Source of the DNA: a virus
Taxonomy: Duplodnaviria; Caudoviricetes
Virus record (IMG/VR): IMGVR_UViG_3300032320_001458
Span: 1 to 46,142 of that record
DNA length: 46,142 nucleotides
Direction: 5' to 3' (one strand)
Shown: positions 27,491 through 36,320 of the stretch, piece by piece
Layout: each line of letters starts with the position of its first letter
How positions within the stretch are numbered: the first letter of the stretch is position 1
Made by a program: the position numbers and the translations under genes
Notes under the pieces: generated by a model
Told to the model about the DNA's origin: nothing
What the model saw: only the letters and a program-made list of their open reading frames with translations
Databases searched by the model: none

Positions 27491-27904
27491 ATGAACCAAG
27501 TCAATCAAACCACCGTCGAGTCAGCAATGGAATACAAGTATACCCCATGGGATGAATTGTCCCGCCGTGATCAATTGGCTTGCATTTATTCGGATGCATA
27601 CAAGGATGCATATAATTTCCGTCCTCGTGGTGTGGATACGTCCAATTGGACTGAGGCAATGTTTGAGTCTGAATTGGCTTATTTGCAAACCATTATTGAG
27701 CGGAATGAGAATGCTCGCCTTGAGGATGAGGCATTCGCCGCAATTCAGTTGGAAGAAACCATCGATAAAATGATGGAATGCGGTTGTCGTAATCGTGAAA
27801 TGGCAATCCGTTGGTTGCATGATATCTATGAAACCAATGGTGATACCGAATACCTTGAGTATAATCTCGGTGTTAATTATGGTTATTTTTCTGGTAAAAA
27901 GTAA
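27491..27904 (+). CDS. Conserved phage hypothetical protein
   Basis: YSDAYKDAYNFRPR motif. Confidence 0.75.
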   Translation: MNQVNQTTVESAMEYKYTPWDELSRRDQLACIYSDAYKDAYNFRPRGVDTSNWTEAMFESELAYLQTIIERNENARLEDEAFAAIQLEETIDKMMECGCRNREMAIRWLHDIYETNGDTEYLEYNLGVNYGYFSGKK

Positions 27905-28062
27905 TGAGTTTTTTTATTAAATGTGCCGAATGTCAGAATAAGCATTTGGTTGATGAAGTCGAATTTGTTAATGTCGAAGAGGATTACATTGGTCGGGACA
28001 TTATGTATTTTGTGTGTCCCGAAACTCTAATCGAATCCAAATCTTTGGTGTATAAAGAATGA
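27904..28062 (+). CDS. 52-aa hypothetical protein with CxxC
   Basis: MSFFIKCAECQNKH; coupled at both ends; absent from the track. Confidence 0.6.
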   Translation: MSFFIKCAECQNKHLVDEVEFVNVEEDYIGRDIMYFVCPETLIESKSLVYKE

Positions 28063-28274
28063 ACGACCGAATTAAATTATTTGCAATCGAATGTGCAGGT
28101 GCATTGTATTGGGATCCACCAAAAGATCCAACAGAATACACTTATACGCCTATTGAATTGAAAAAATTTGCCGATTTGATTGTAAATGAATGTTGCCAAA
28201 TGATGCTAGATATGGAGACAAAGTACCCGGCAAATCTTACTGTACGGGAGATTAAAAAGCATTTTGGAGTATAA
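28059..28274 (+). CDS. Hypothetical protein (MNERI..KFAELIV family)
   Basis: MNDRIK...KKFADLIVNEC...IKKHFGV. Confidence 0.7.
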   Translation: MNDRIKLFAIECAGALYWDPPKDPTEYTYTPIELKKFADLIVNECCQMMLDMETKYPANLTVREIKKHFGV

Positions 28275-28277
28275 TAT

Positions 28278-28478
28278 ATGAAAGTATGGGTTGATCCACC
28301 AAGTGGATGGAAGTATGGATTTCCTAAGGTATGGGATCAATCGTTAAATCCTGATTTTGATGCATGGATTATTTCAGAGGGTTATCCATGGGAATTAAAA
28401 GAATCATATGGTCCGCATTTTTATGTTAGGCAATGGGCAGTCGAGAATGATATACAGTTATTGAATGAAGGTCAATAA
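28278..28478 (+). CDS. Hypothetical protein
   Basis: VDPPSGWKYGFPK motif. Confidence 0.7.
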   Translation: MKVWVDPPSGWKYGFPKVWDQSLNPDFDAWIISEGYPWELKESYGPHFYVRQWAVENDIQLLNEGQ

Positions 28479-28479
28479 C

Positions 28480-28527
28480 TGTTGTTTTTTTACAACGTAT
28501 TGACTTTCCACCGGACCAGTGTATAAT
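28480..28527 (+). promoter_or_regulatory. Boxed early promoter cassette
   Basis: TGTTG-N8-CAACG; TTGACT-16-TATAAT. Confidence 0.85.
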
Positions 28528-28559
28528 GGATTCTGTGGTCGAGAAAAACAGAGGATTTT

Positions 28560-28793
28560 ATGATTGAATACGTTTTGATTGATAAGGAAATGGTTAATTA
28601 CCATTTTGATAAAAAAGAATTGTTGGATATTGCTCAGATCCATGATCGGTGTGAATTTGGTCCACGTGCGGCCCTTGCTTATTACCTGTATAATGATCCT
28701 GAGAAAACAACGGATTTGGTTACATCGGATGTGGAAGATTTTATCATCCAATTCTACACCCAATTCAATGCTGAATTCGGTTTGACTTACTAA
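28560..28793 (+). CDS. Hypothetical protein
   Basis: SD GAGGA; first gene of cassette. Confidence 0.65.
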   Translation: MIEYVLIDKEMVNYHFDKKELLDIAQIHDRCEFGPRAALAYYLYNDPEKTTDLVTSDVEDFIIQFYTQFNAEFGLTY

Positions 28794-28808
28794 TCTTAGG
28801 TTATTAAA

Positions 28809-29069
28809 ATGAAATTTTTTGTTGTTGAGGATTACGAGGGTAAGACTATTGATTGTGTCTTTACTAAGGAAGAAGCAATGAAAATCCTTGATGATTCTTC
28901 CTATTTCGGCGCATTGGGTTTTTATTCAATTGCCGAAATTGGTTGTTCCGTGAATAAAGAAACGGTCCGCGCATTACTTTCGGGCCAAGGTGGTTATGCA
29001 CAATATATCCATCGGGTATACTATAACAGTCCAATACCGGTAGAATCGGAAGAACCGTGTGTTGCGTAA
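28809..29069 (+). CDS. Hypothetical protein
   Basis: 86-aa ORF. Confidence 0.6.
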   Translation: MKFFVVEDYEGKTIDCVFTKEEAMKILDDSSYFGALGFYSIAEIGCSVNKETVRALLSGQGGYAQYIHRVYYNSPIPVESEEPCVA

Positions 29070-29128
29070 AAACAACGGAAGTGTCTCATCCACGCAACGG
29101 TTGACAATTCTCGGGATCCGAGTACAAT
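29060..29128 (+). promoter_or_regulatory. Boxed early promoter cassette (tandem boxes)
   Basis: Boxes 29060-29077 and 29082-29099; TTGACA-16-TACAAT. Confidence 0.85.
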
Positions 29129-29162
29129 AGATTTTGTGGTCGAGAAAAACGAAGGAAAAAAT

Positions 29163-29366
29163 GTGTCGAAAGTGAATTATACAGTTTATTGCTCGGATGT
29201 TGCTGATGCGTTTGATTGCGGTTGGTCGCCCGAGGATGTTGCATCGGTGTTTAAACTTGAATTGAAGGATGTCTTGTCCTTTTATGACGATTACATTGAT
29301 GCCTATATGGCCCATGTTGCTGCCGATGCTGATATTCAGCGCGGTTTTGATGATTACCGGGAGTAA
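29163..29366 (+). CDS. Acidic hypothetical protein
   Basis: GTG start after AAGGA SD. Confidence 0.6.
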   Translation: MSKVNYTVYCSDVADAFDCGWSPEDVASVFKLELKDVLSFYDDYIDAYMAHVAADADIQRGFDDYRE

Positions 29367-29371
29367 TTGTA

Positions 29372-29587
29372 ATGTTTGAAAAAACAGAAATGCAAATGCT
29401 GGTTGACGTTATTGTCAAGCGGGAAGTTTCACTTGGTTTGCCTGAGAGTGAGGCTCGAATTTTTGCCTTAGGTTATCTTGTTTCTTTTGTTCAGCGTAAT
29501 CTGATTGATGTTACGCCAAAAGCGCGGCGCAAAGTAATGCAGGCTGATATCCTTGAGCGTATCTCTATTATTTCAGGAGGCCTATAA
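29372..29587 (+). CDS. Hypothetical protein
   Basis: 71-aa ORF with GGAG SD. Confidence 0.65.
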   Translation: MFEKTEMQMLVDVIVKREVSLGLPESEARIFALGYLVSFVQRNLIDVTPKARRKVMQADILERISIISGGL

Positions 29588-29787
29588 TGGGTTGGGATAA
29601 AACTGGTTCTTTTATTTCGGGTTTGTACCTCGATATGTTTCCGTTTTCTGGTACTGTGCTAGAATCCCGTGTTAAATATGGTGGTCAAGTCCAACATACT
29701 GTTGAATTGATTAATCCAATTCGAGTATTTGGTTCTATTAAAAATGTTGTTTTGATCGAGGAAAACCTTGATCGTGTTTTTGCTTAA
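29587..29787 (+). CDS. Hypothetical protein
   Basis: G.V.ESRVKYGG.VQHTV motif. Confidence 0.7.
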   Translation: MGWDKTGSFISGLYLDMFPFSGTVLESRVKYGGQVQHTVELINPIRVFGSIKNVVLIEENLDRVFA

Positions 29788-29948
29788 GGAATTGCAATGA
29801 TTGATGAGACTAAACAAGAATTGATTGATCGTGTTATTGGTCAAATCGAATTGGATTTGGAAAATCGTGATGTAACGGCAATTATTGAATTGTTGAATAA
29901 ATTGTCTGTTTCTGTATTAGAATCTTATCTTCCTGAGGTTGAATAATA

Positions 29949-30368
29949 ATGGCTACTCGCTCTGCTATTGCAATTGAAACTGGTCTGCCTGAAATGGGCC
30001 CATGCATTATCCATGCCGTGTATTGTCATTGGGATGGTTATGTTGAACACAATGGTGCAATGCTTCTAAAGTATTTTGATTCATTGCCTTCTGCGGTTGC
30101 CTTGATCAAGGGTGGTTCTATTTCAACCCTTGGTGAAGGTATTGATAAAACTCAATTTCATTGCCGCGATATGGATCGTGAAATGGTACCCGCATCCGAA
30201 TATGGAACTAGGGAAGAGTTTATTGAGAACTCTGATGGTCTTGATTATCTTTATATCTTGAATCAGAATGACGTTTGGGAAATATTTGATATGAATAAAC
30301 CATGGCGTAAATGGCAACCAGTCAAAGAAGCATTGGATTATGCAATAAAATTTTCGAATGCTGCTTAA
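29949..30368 (+). CDS. Conserved phage hypothetical protein
   Basis: MATRSAI...YCHWDGY...G..L motif. Confidence 0.75.
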   Translation: MATRSAIAIETGLPEMGPCIIHAVYCHWDGYVEHNGAMLLKYFDSLPSAVALIKGGSISTLGEGIDKTQFHCRDMDREMVPASEYGTREEFIENSDGLDYLYILNQNDVWEIFDMNKPWRKWQPVKEALDYAIKFSNAA

Positions 30369-31186
30369 TGCATAAAAAGAAAATCTTAATAACAGGATCG
30401 TCAGGATATATTGGATCCCATTTATGTCTATTGATGAAAGATCAATATGAAATTCATGGTCTAGATATTGTCGATCCTGTTATTCCTGTGGATGAATTCT
30501 ATCATGTAGATATAACCAAAAAATTTAAAATTAAAAATCAATTCGATTGTGTTATTCATTTGGCAGCCAAAGTTAGAGTTGGTGAAAGTGAATTGAATCC
30601 AATAGATTATTACACGACCAATATTCAAGGCACAATAAATGTTTTAAAAAATATAAAAACTAATAATTTTGTATTGGCTAGTACCGGTGGTGCTAAAAAC
30701 CAGCATAATGTATATGGAATGAGCAAACGGGCGGCAGAACAAGTAACAGAACAATTTCGCAAAAACTATAATTATAGTATATTCAGATTTTTTAATGTTT
30801 TAGGTAGTGATGGTATTGCACCCACTAATCCAGATGGATTAATGTATAATTTAATCAATGCTACAAAAACTGGTGTATTCAATTTATACGGTGACGATTA
30901 CAATACAAAAGATGGTACTTGCATAAGAGATTATGTCCATGTCAATGAGATATGTCATGCATTGATTCAAGCGGTAGAACAACCAAGTAAATGCATTGAA
31001 AATCTAGGGCATGGTTATGGTTATAGTGTGAAAGAAATTGTGAAAATTTTTAAGAATGTAAACAATACTAATTTTGATATTAAAATATTGCCTAAAAGAA
31101 TGGGTGATTTAGAGGTTAGCGTTTTGGATAATCCATCGCAATATATGAAAAAAATGTATAATATCAACCAATTATTAAAATTTTGA
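30368..31186 (+). CDS. NAD-dependent epimerase/dehydratase (GalE-like)
   Basis: GSSGYIG, HLAA, YGMSK, DGTCIRDYVHV; start coupled by TAATG. Confidence 0.9.
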   Translation: MHKKKILITGSSGYIGSHLCLLMKDQYEIHGLDIVDPVIPVDEFYHVDITKKFKIKNQFDCVIHLAAKVRVGESELNPIDYYTTNIQGTINVLKNIKTNNFVLASTGGAKNQHNVYGMSKRAAEQVTEQFRKNYNYSIFRFFNVLGSDGIAPTNPDGLMYNLINATKTGVFNLYGDDYNTKDGTCIRDYVHVNEICHALIQAVEQPSKCIENLGHGYGYSVKEIVKIFKNVNNTNFDIKILPKRMGDLEVSVLDNPSQYMKKMYNINQLLKF

Positions 31187-31216
31187 AGTCTTACAAAAAA
31201 GCGCAAAAATGTCAAG

Positions 31217-31285
31217 TGTTGCGTGAAAACAACGAAAGTGTCGTATGGCAGCAACACTTGACACCTGCCGGGATCCGAGTAGAAT
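31217..31285 (+). promoter_or_regulatory. Boxed early promoter cassette (tandem boxes)
   Basis: Boxes 31217-31234 and 31239-31256; TTGACA-16-TAGAAT. Confidence 0.85.
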
Positions 31286-31321
31286 AGATTCTGTGGTCGA
31301 GAAAACAACAGGAAATTTTGA

Positions 31322-32080
31322 ATGAAACTGCTAACTGCTCCAGTCGGTAACCCTAAGGTCGCTAAGGGTCTTGCATCCAATTATGCAACCTATATTTTGC
31401 ATTTGGCTCCTGCCAATGTTTCCGGTTATGAGACTTGCGCCAAACGAACCGCTGGTTGTACTGCCGCTTGTCTGAATCTAGCAGGACGTGGTGGTATGTT
31501 CAAGCGTGGTGAAACCACTAATGTAATCCAGCAAGCGCGGATCCGCAAGACCAAATTGTTTTTTGAAGATCGTACCGAGTTTATGCGCCTTTTGGTTGCT
31601 GATATTGAATTGGCAATTAAACAAGCGGCCAAAAAAGGTTTTACTCCTGTTTTCCGTCTTAATGGTACCTCTGACATTGCATGGGAAAAGTATCCCGTTA
31701 TTCGCAATGGTGTATCGTTTATGAATATCTTCCATGCGTTTTCGGATTGCATTTTCTATGATTACACCAAGATTCTTGGTCGTAAGATCAATTTGGTTAC
31801 CAATTACAGTCTGACCTTTTCTGCCGCTGATGGCAATGATGCCGATGTGACAAAGGCAATTGCACAAGGTTATAATGTTGCGGTTGTTTTTGGTATCAAA
31901 AAAGGTTCTGCATTCCCAGAATCGTATCTTGGTCTGCCCGTGTTTAATGGTGATGATTCCGACTTGCGGTTTCTTGATCCTAAGAATGTTATTGTCGGTC
32001 TTTACGCTAAGGGTAAAGCAAAGTCCGATCAATCTGGTTTTGTGAAATACCCGACGTTTAATCTTAAAATTGCTGCTTAA
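31322..32080 (+). CDS. GP88-like (radical-SAM-related) protein
   Basis: C......C...C cluster, RLNGTSDI.WE, FYDYTK, GD.SDLRFLD. Confidence 0.75.
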   Translation: MKLLTAPVGNPKVAKGLASNYATYILHLAPANVSGYETCAKRTAGCTAACLNLAGRGGMFKRGETTNVIQQARIRKTKLFFEDRTEFMRLLVADIELAIKQAAKKGFTPVFRLNGTSDIAWEKYPVIRNGVSFMNIFHAFSDCIFYDYTKILGRKINLVTNYSLTFSAADGNDADVTKAIAQGYNVAVVFGIKKGSAFPESYLGLPVFNGDDSDLRFLDPKNVIVGLYAKGKAKSDQSGFVKYPTFNLKIAA

Positions 32081-32097
32081 TTTAAAGGAAATATATT

Positions 32098-32613
32098 ATG
32101 CCTAATTGGAATTGCAACACCGTTACAATCAAGTCTGATGACGTTGAATTGATGGCGAAAGTTATTGATGCTGCCGAAAAATCGATGAAGTCCGAATCGT
32201 TTTTTAATGTATTGGTCCCTCGCCCTGTAGAGGAAGAAGAAAATTGGTACGGTTGGAATGTAAACAATTGGGGTACTAAGTGGGATACCCATGTTGAAAT
32301 TGTCGATCAAACGGCCAATGAAATTGTATTGACGTTTGATACTGCATGGTCTCCTCCTATTGCATTTTATTCTGCATTAGAGGAACAGGGTTATGAGATC
32401 GAAGCATATTATTATGAACCCGGTATGTGTTTTGCTGGTGTTTATTCTGATGGTGATGATAATTACTATGAATATTCCGATATGTCATCGGATGAAGTGA
32501 AAGAATTCCTTCCACAAGAATTGGATGAAATGTTTTGCATTTCAGAATCAATGGCTGAATGGGAGTCCGAGAATGAGGAGGAAGAGTATAATACGGAAGA
32601 GGAGGAAGAATAA
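32098..32613 (+). CDS. YubB/DUF1281-like protein
   Basis: MPNWN.N, WY.WN..NWGTKWD, FDTAWSPP, YYEPG. Confidence 0.8.
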   Translation: MPNWNCNTVTIKSDDVELMAKVIDAAEKSMKSESFFNVLVPRPVEEEENWYGWNVNNWGTKWDTHVEIVDQTANEIVLTFDTAWSPPIAFYSALEEQGYEIEAYYYEPGMCFAGVYSDGDDNYYEYSDMSSDEVKEFLPQELDEMFCISESMAEWESENEEEEYNTEEEEE

Positions 32614-32798
32614 TGTATCAATTACATAAGACTAATTCGGTTGTTGGATGGGTGCCGTTTGATTATCATGATATAATGACGATTAAATCTGCATTACAAT
32701 CTTTTAAGTTATCGGTTGATGGATCTGAACCGGATGATGTAGCGTTTTTAAATTCTATTCAATCTATTATCAATCGAATTAAATCATTGGAAGATTAG
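32613..32798 (+). CDS. Hypothetical protein
   Basis: 61-aa coupled ORF. Confidence 0.55.
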   Translation: MYQLHKTNSVVGWVPFDYHDIMTIKSALQSFKLSVDGSEPDDVAFLNSIQSIINRIKSLED

Positions 32799-32805
32799 GT
32801 TTTGA

Positions 32806-32880
32806 ATTATACACTGGTTTTGGTAAGAGTCAATGTTGTGTCCACGCAACGGTTGACTTCCTCCTGGACCAGTGTATAAT
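32806..32880. promoter_or_regulatory. Back-to-back promoters sharing one box
   Basis: Leftward TTGACT-16-TATAAT (32833-32806); box 32834-32851; rightward TTGACT-16-TATAAT (32853-32880). Confidence 0.8.
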
Positions 32881-33070
32881 GGATTCTGTGGTCGAGAAAA
32901 AAGGAAAGTTTGTGAAATACGTTTTGGTTGCTCTTGGTTCTTCGGTGTTCGGTGCTTATTTCCATGAGACCGTTCTTGCGGTTTCTGCTGAATCGGTTGC
33001 AATGTTGCATTCGATTACAGTATCGCTTGCCAAGTCCATTGTTTCTGTCCTTTCTTAATAGGTTATTATC

Positions 33071-33316
33071 ATGCTTGCAATCAATAATGGCGTTGATGCT
33101 AAAATCGTTATGCTTCGTGAAGCGTATGGCTCAATTGAGCGAATTGATCCTTCGAATGAAGGTTATAAAGCGTTGGTCCAGTTTCTGAATAGGCAACCTG
33201 TTGATACGTTGGTAGCATTAGAGCGTGCCAAGATTAAATGGGTTTCTGGTCTTGCACGGAATCGGATTAATCGCATCAAATTTGCGCTTAAGAATCTGAC
33301 CGAAATGCCGGTTTAA
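33071..33316 (+). CDS. Hypothetical protein
   Basis: 81-aa ORF. Confidence 0.65.
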   Translation: MLAINNGVDAKIVMLREAYGSIERIDPSNEGYKALVQFLNRQPVDTLVALERAKIKWVSGLARNRINRIKFALKNLTEMPV

Positions 33317-33319
33317 TAG

Positions 33320-33517
33320 GTGATAGTGATGGATGATTTTGATTTTTTTCCGTTTGTTTCTGGTGATGATTTAAAAGCTCGTGATGCATGGTTTGAAAAT
33401 GGTTGTCCATGTATTGACGATGTAGAATATGATGATGGTGTGGATGACCCGAATTATGTTGTAACGGGTTGCAATGACGATTGGTACGACGATCAATATG
33501 AATTGGAAGAGTATTGA
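33320..33517 (+). CDS. Highly acidic small protein
   Basis: 65 aa, D/E-rich. Confidence 0.55.
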   Translation: MIVMDDFDFFPFVSGDDLKARDAWFENGCPCIDDVEYDDGVDDPNYVVTGCNDDWYDDQYELEEY

Positions 33518-33518
33518 A

Positions 33519-33689
33519 ATGGATTTTTTGATTCGCGCTCAACGGTATACTGAGGCCCGTGGTGATGACAATTTCTTTTGTCATTATTACACCATGTATC
33601 GTGAACATTTTTCTGTAAAGGAAAGTGTTAGGAAAACGATTGCGTGGTTGTATGATGATGACGTTGCCGATTTGTTGGAGTTTCAATAA
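33519..33689 (+). CDS. Hypothetical protein
   Basis: Likely start MDFLIRAQ just after the upstream stop. Confidence 0.55.
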   Translation: MDFLIRAQRYTEARGDDNFFCHYYTMYREHFSVKESVRKTIAWLYDDDVADLLEFQ

Positions 33690-34000
33690 TGGATAAAGTG
33701 ATTCGTGATGGTAAAGTGGCAGTATTGTATTCGCCTGGATATGGTGCTGGTTGGTATTCATGGCATGACAATGAAGAGTTATTGTATGATCCGGTGATTG
33801 TTGGTATGGTTGAATCGCGCAAGCATTATACTGAAATTGTGACGTATTGTCTGGATCGATTTGGTGATCAGCATTTCTTTTCAGGTGCTGAGGATTTAAC
33901 TATTGAATGGGTACCAATTGGTCGCGAGTTTCGAATAACAGAGTATGATGGATCGGAATCGATTGAATATAAGGATGATTTAGAATGGCATGTTGCATGA
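33689..34000 (+). CDS. Hypothetical protein (KVAVLYSPGYGAGW family)
   Basis: Paralog of 34931. Confidence 0.75.
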   Translation: MDKVIRDGKVAVLYSPGYGAGWYSWHDNEELLYDPVIVGMVESRKHYTEIVTYCLDRFGDQHFFSGAEDLTIEWVPIGREFRITEYDGSESIEYKDDLEWHVA

Positions 34001-34071
34001 AAACAACGGATATGTTGTGAAAAAACAACAGAATGGTACCCTCTTGACAACCACCGAGATCCGAGTAGAAT
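33991..34071 (+). promoter_or_regulatory. Boxed early promoter cassette (tandem boxes, 13 bp from -35)
   Basis: Boxes 33991-34008 and 34013-34030; TTGACA-16-TAGAAT. Confidence 0.85.
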
Positions 34072-34371
34072 AGATTCTGTTGTGACGAAAAACGGAAAGA
34101 AACGAAATGGAAATGCTTGATTCGGTCCTCTTCTTGGTGATTGACGTTGTTTACCGTGTTGTTTTGCTTTTGGTTGAGACTGGTACAGTTTAATTAGGAA
34201 ATATATCATGCAATCAGTAAATTCCAATTCAGTCGCTCGGTCTATTGTTGGTCTTGAATTGATCATTGATCACCTTAAAGCTGGTCATGTAATCAAAAAA
34301 TTACCTCCACGTGGTCGTAAGGCAAAGCAGTTTAAACCTTTAGTCTTTCAACAAACCAAATTCGCACGATA

Positions 34372-34563
34372 ATGGCGTATACTGTATTTCAACATACCGA
34401 ATTGCAAAAGTCCTATTCAAGTGTGAAAGGTCTAGAGGGACCATTTCATTATGCTAATGGGATGACTCTGTATTATGATCCAAAAGAAGGTAAGTATTGG
34501 AATCCAAAGTCCGATATGTTCCTTGATTATGATGATTATATTTTTGTTAGAGGTGGTGCATAA
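34372..34563 (+). CDS. Hypothetical protein
   Basis: GLEGPF...LYYDPKEGKYW motif. Confidence 0.7.
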   Translation: MAYTVFQHTELQKSYSSVKGLEGPFHYANGMTLYYDPKEGKYWNPKSDMFLDYDDYIFVRGGA

Positions 34564-34930
34564 TGACCGAAAAAGAAAAGTTATTCCATTTGGATAAGAC
34601 GAATGTAATTCGATACGAATTGGCATTTTTAATTGAGAATCCAGAATATCTTGACGAGGTAACAGAATACCTCGCAAATCTCACTCCTGAGATGATAATC
34701 GAAAAGAATAAATTTCTCTCAGAAGAGATTGCATAATGATTGAAAAAATATTGAATGTCGCTCTGTTTTGTTTTATTACAACATCATCCGTTTTTCTATT
34801 GGATGCAATCGTTCAAGCATTAACGCGATGAAAGTCCTTACAATAGAATTGCTCGGACTATATACTTGTTCTGTTATCATTATTTTAACAGCAATATATT
34901 GGAGCTTATAATAAAAGGAGAATAATAAAA

Positions 34931-35248
34931 ATGGATATTCACAAAGTTATTCGTGATAATAAAGTGGCAGTTCTATATTCACCCAATTACGGTACTGGTT
35001 GGTATACTGCACATAAAATTGATCAGCTAATCTTTGACTATAAAGTAGTCGAAATGGTTGAAGCAAAAAAAGATTATAATGAAATTATAGCATATTGCAT
35101 TCAAACATATGGTAAAGGTATCAATGTAGGTGGTGCTTTTGATTTGCAAATACAATGGATTCCAGTTGGATTAGAATTTATAATTCAAAATCACGATGGG
35201 TTTGAAACAATTATAATGAAAGATAAAGTAGAGTTTTTTTCGACCTAA
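34931..35248 (+). CDS. Hypothetical protein (KVAVLYSPGYGAGW family)
   Basis: Paralog of 33689; AAGGAG SD. Confidence 0.75.
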   Translation: MDIHKVIRDNKVAVLYSPNYGTGWYTAHKIDQLIFDYKVVEMVEAKKDYNEIIAYCIQTYGKGINVGGAFDLQIQWIPVGLEFIIQNHDGFETIIMKDKVEFFST

Positions 35249-35529
35249 TTTATTGCAAAGTGAGCAATTGTGTGATAAAGTGTTGAATAGTGAGAAAAAG
35301 TGTTTATTGGCGCGAAGTGTGTCGCCGGTATATGTCGCTGAATTCGCAATTGATTTTAAAGTGCTAAATAAAGTGCTTTTATATGTCGATTCTATAGTCG
35401 CAATAGTCGTTAATATAATAGTTTATATCAAACTTAGTCCCACACCGAAACCGTCCTATTCCGCTTCCTATAGGGTTTTGGAGGTATAGCTTAATTTACT
35501 AATTATTGCAACGCATAACATACTAATTA

Positions 35530-35922
35530 TTGGAGATAATTATGGATTTTTTATTAACTTGGCAATTCCGCAATGGTCATACGTATACTAAAGACTTTGC
35601 AACATCGGATGCGCGGGATACATTCATGAATTCGGTGGGTCTCATTGCCCATTCTGATATTGTAAAGGTAATTGCATCATATCCTGAGACTAGCATTAAG
35701 AGTGTAGTATTAAAGGATGTAATTATCACTAAGCAATTAGCTGAGGCTGATACAATGGCAGCCTCACGTGATATGCCAACATATACAATAAATTCCAATA
35801 CAGTTCCTAAGAGTCACATTGATCATATGGCAATGGAATATTCGAATGATATTCCCGCATTCACTACAGCCACAATGCCAATGGATACTACGAATAATAT
35901 TCCGAGTCTGCGAGTGGTCTAA
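35530..35922 (+). CDS. Hypothetical protein (start probably ATG 35542)
   Basis: GGAG SD before MDFLLTW. Confidence 0.55.
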   Translation: MEIIMDFLLTWQFRNGHTYTKDFATSDARDTFMNSVGLIAHSDIVKVIASYPETSIKSVVLKDVIITKQLAEADTMAASRDMPTYTINSNTVPKSHIDHMAMEYSNDIPAFTTATMPMDTTNNIPSLRVV

Positions 35923-35926
35923 TACC

Positions 35927-35955
35927 ATTATACACTATTCGGATTGGATTGTCAA
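35927..35955 (-). promoter_or_regulatory. Consensus sigma70 promoter facing into the island
   Basis: TTGACA-17 bp-TATAAT on the minus strand. Confidence 0.7.
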
Positions 35956-36320
35956 TAAAAAAATTGGTATTGCCGCAATTCAATTCCGGAATTAAATACC
36001 GCAATGCAATTGCCGCAATTGCCGTAATGTAATTCGGCTAGCCAGCAGTGTGTAAGAAAAAGTTGTGGTGGCCTCAAACTCCGGGCGCCGTAACTTTTTT
36101 TCTAGGTTATTTTTCGGTTGGAATCGAATTTTTAATACCGAGGATTTCGAAATTTTTTTCTGGCCAGAAATATCAACTTTGACCGTTTTGGTATTGTTGT
36201 GTTTTTTGTTGTTTCATATCAAATAGCATTTGTTCTAGTTCACCTCTCATTGGATTATTATGTGGCATATTGCATAGAATTCTATTGACAAATTGAATGA
36301 GTTGATTTAGATCCATGATA

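Noticed and set aside
22983-34071. Repeated boxes and cassettes as a CRISPR array
   Set aside because: Units are dispersed hundreds to thousands of bases apart, degenerate, and tied to -35/-10 elements; no cas operon in the window.
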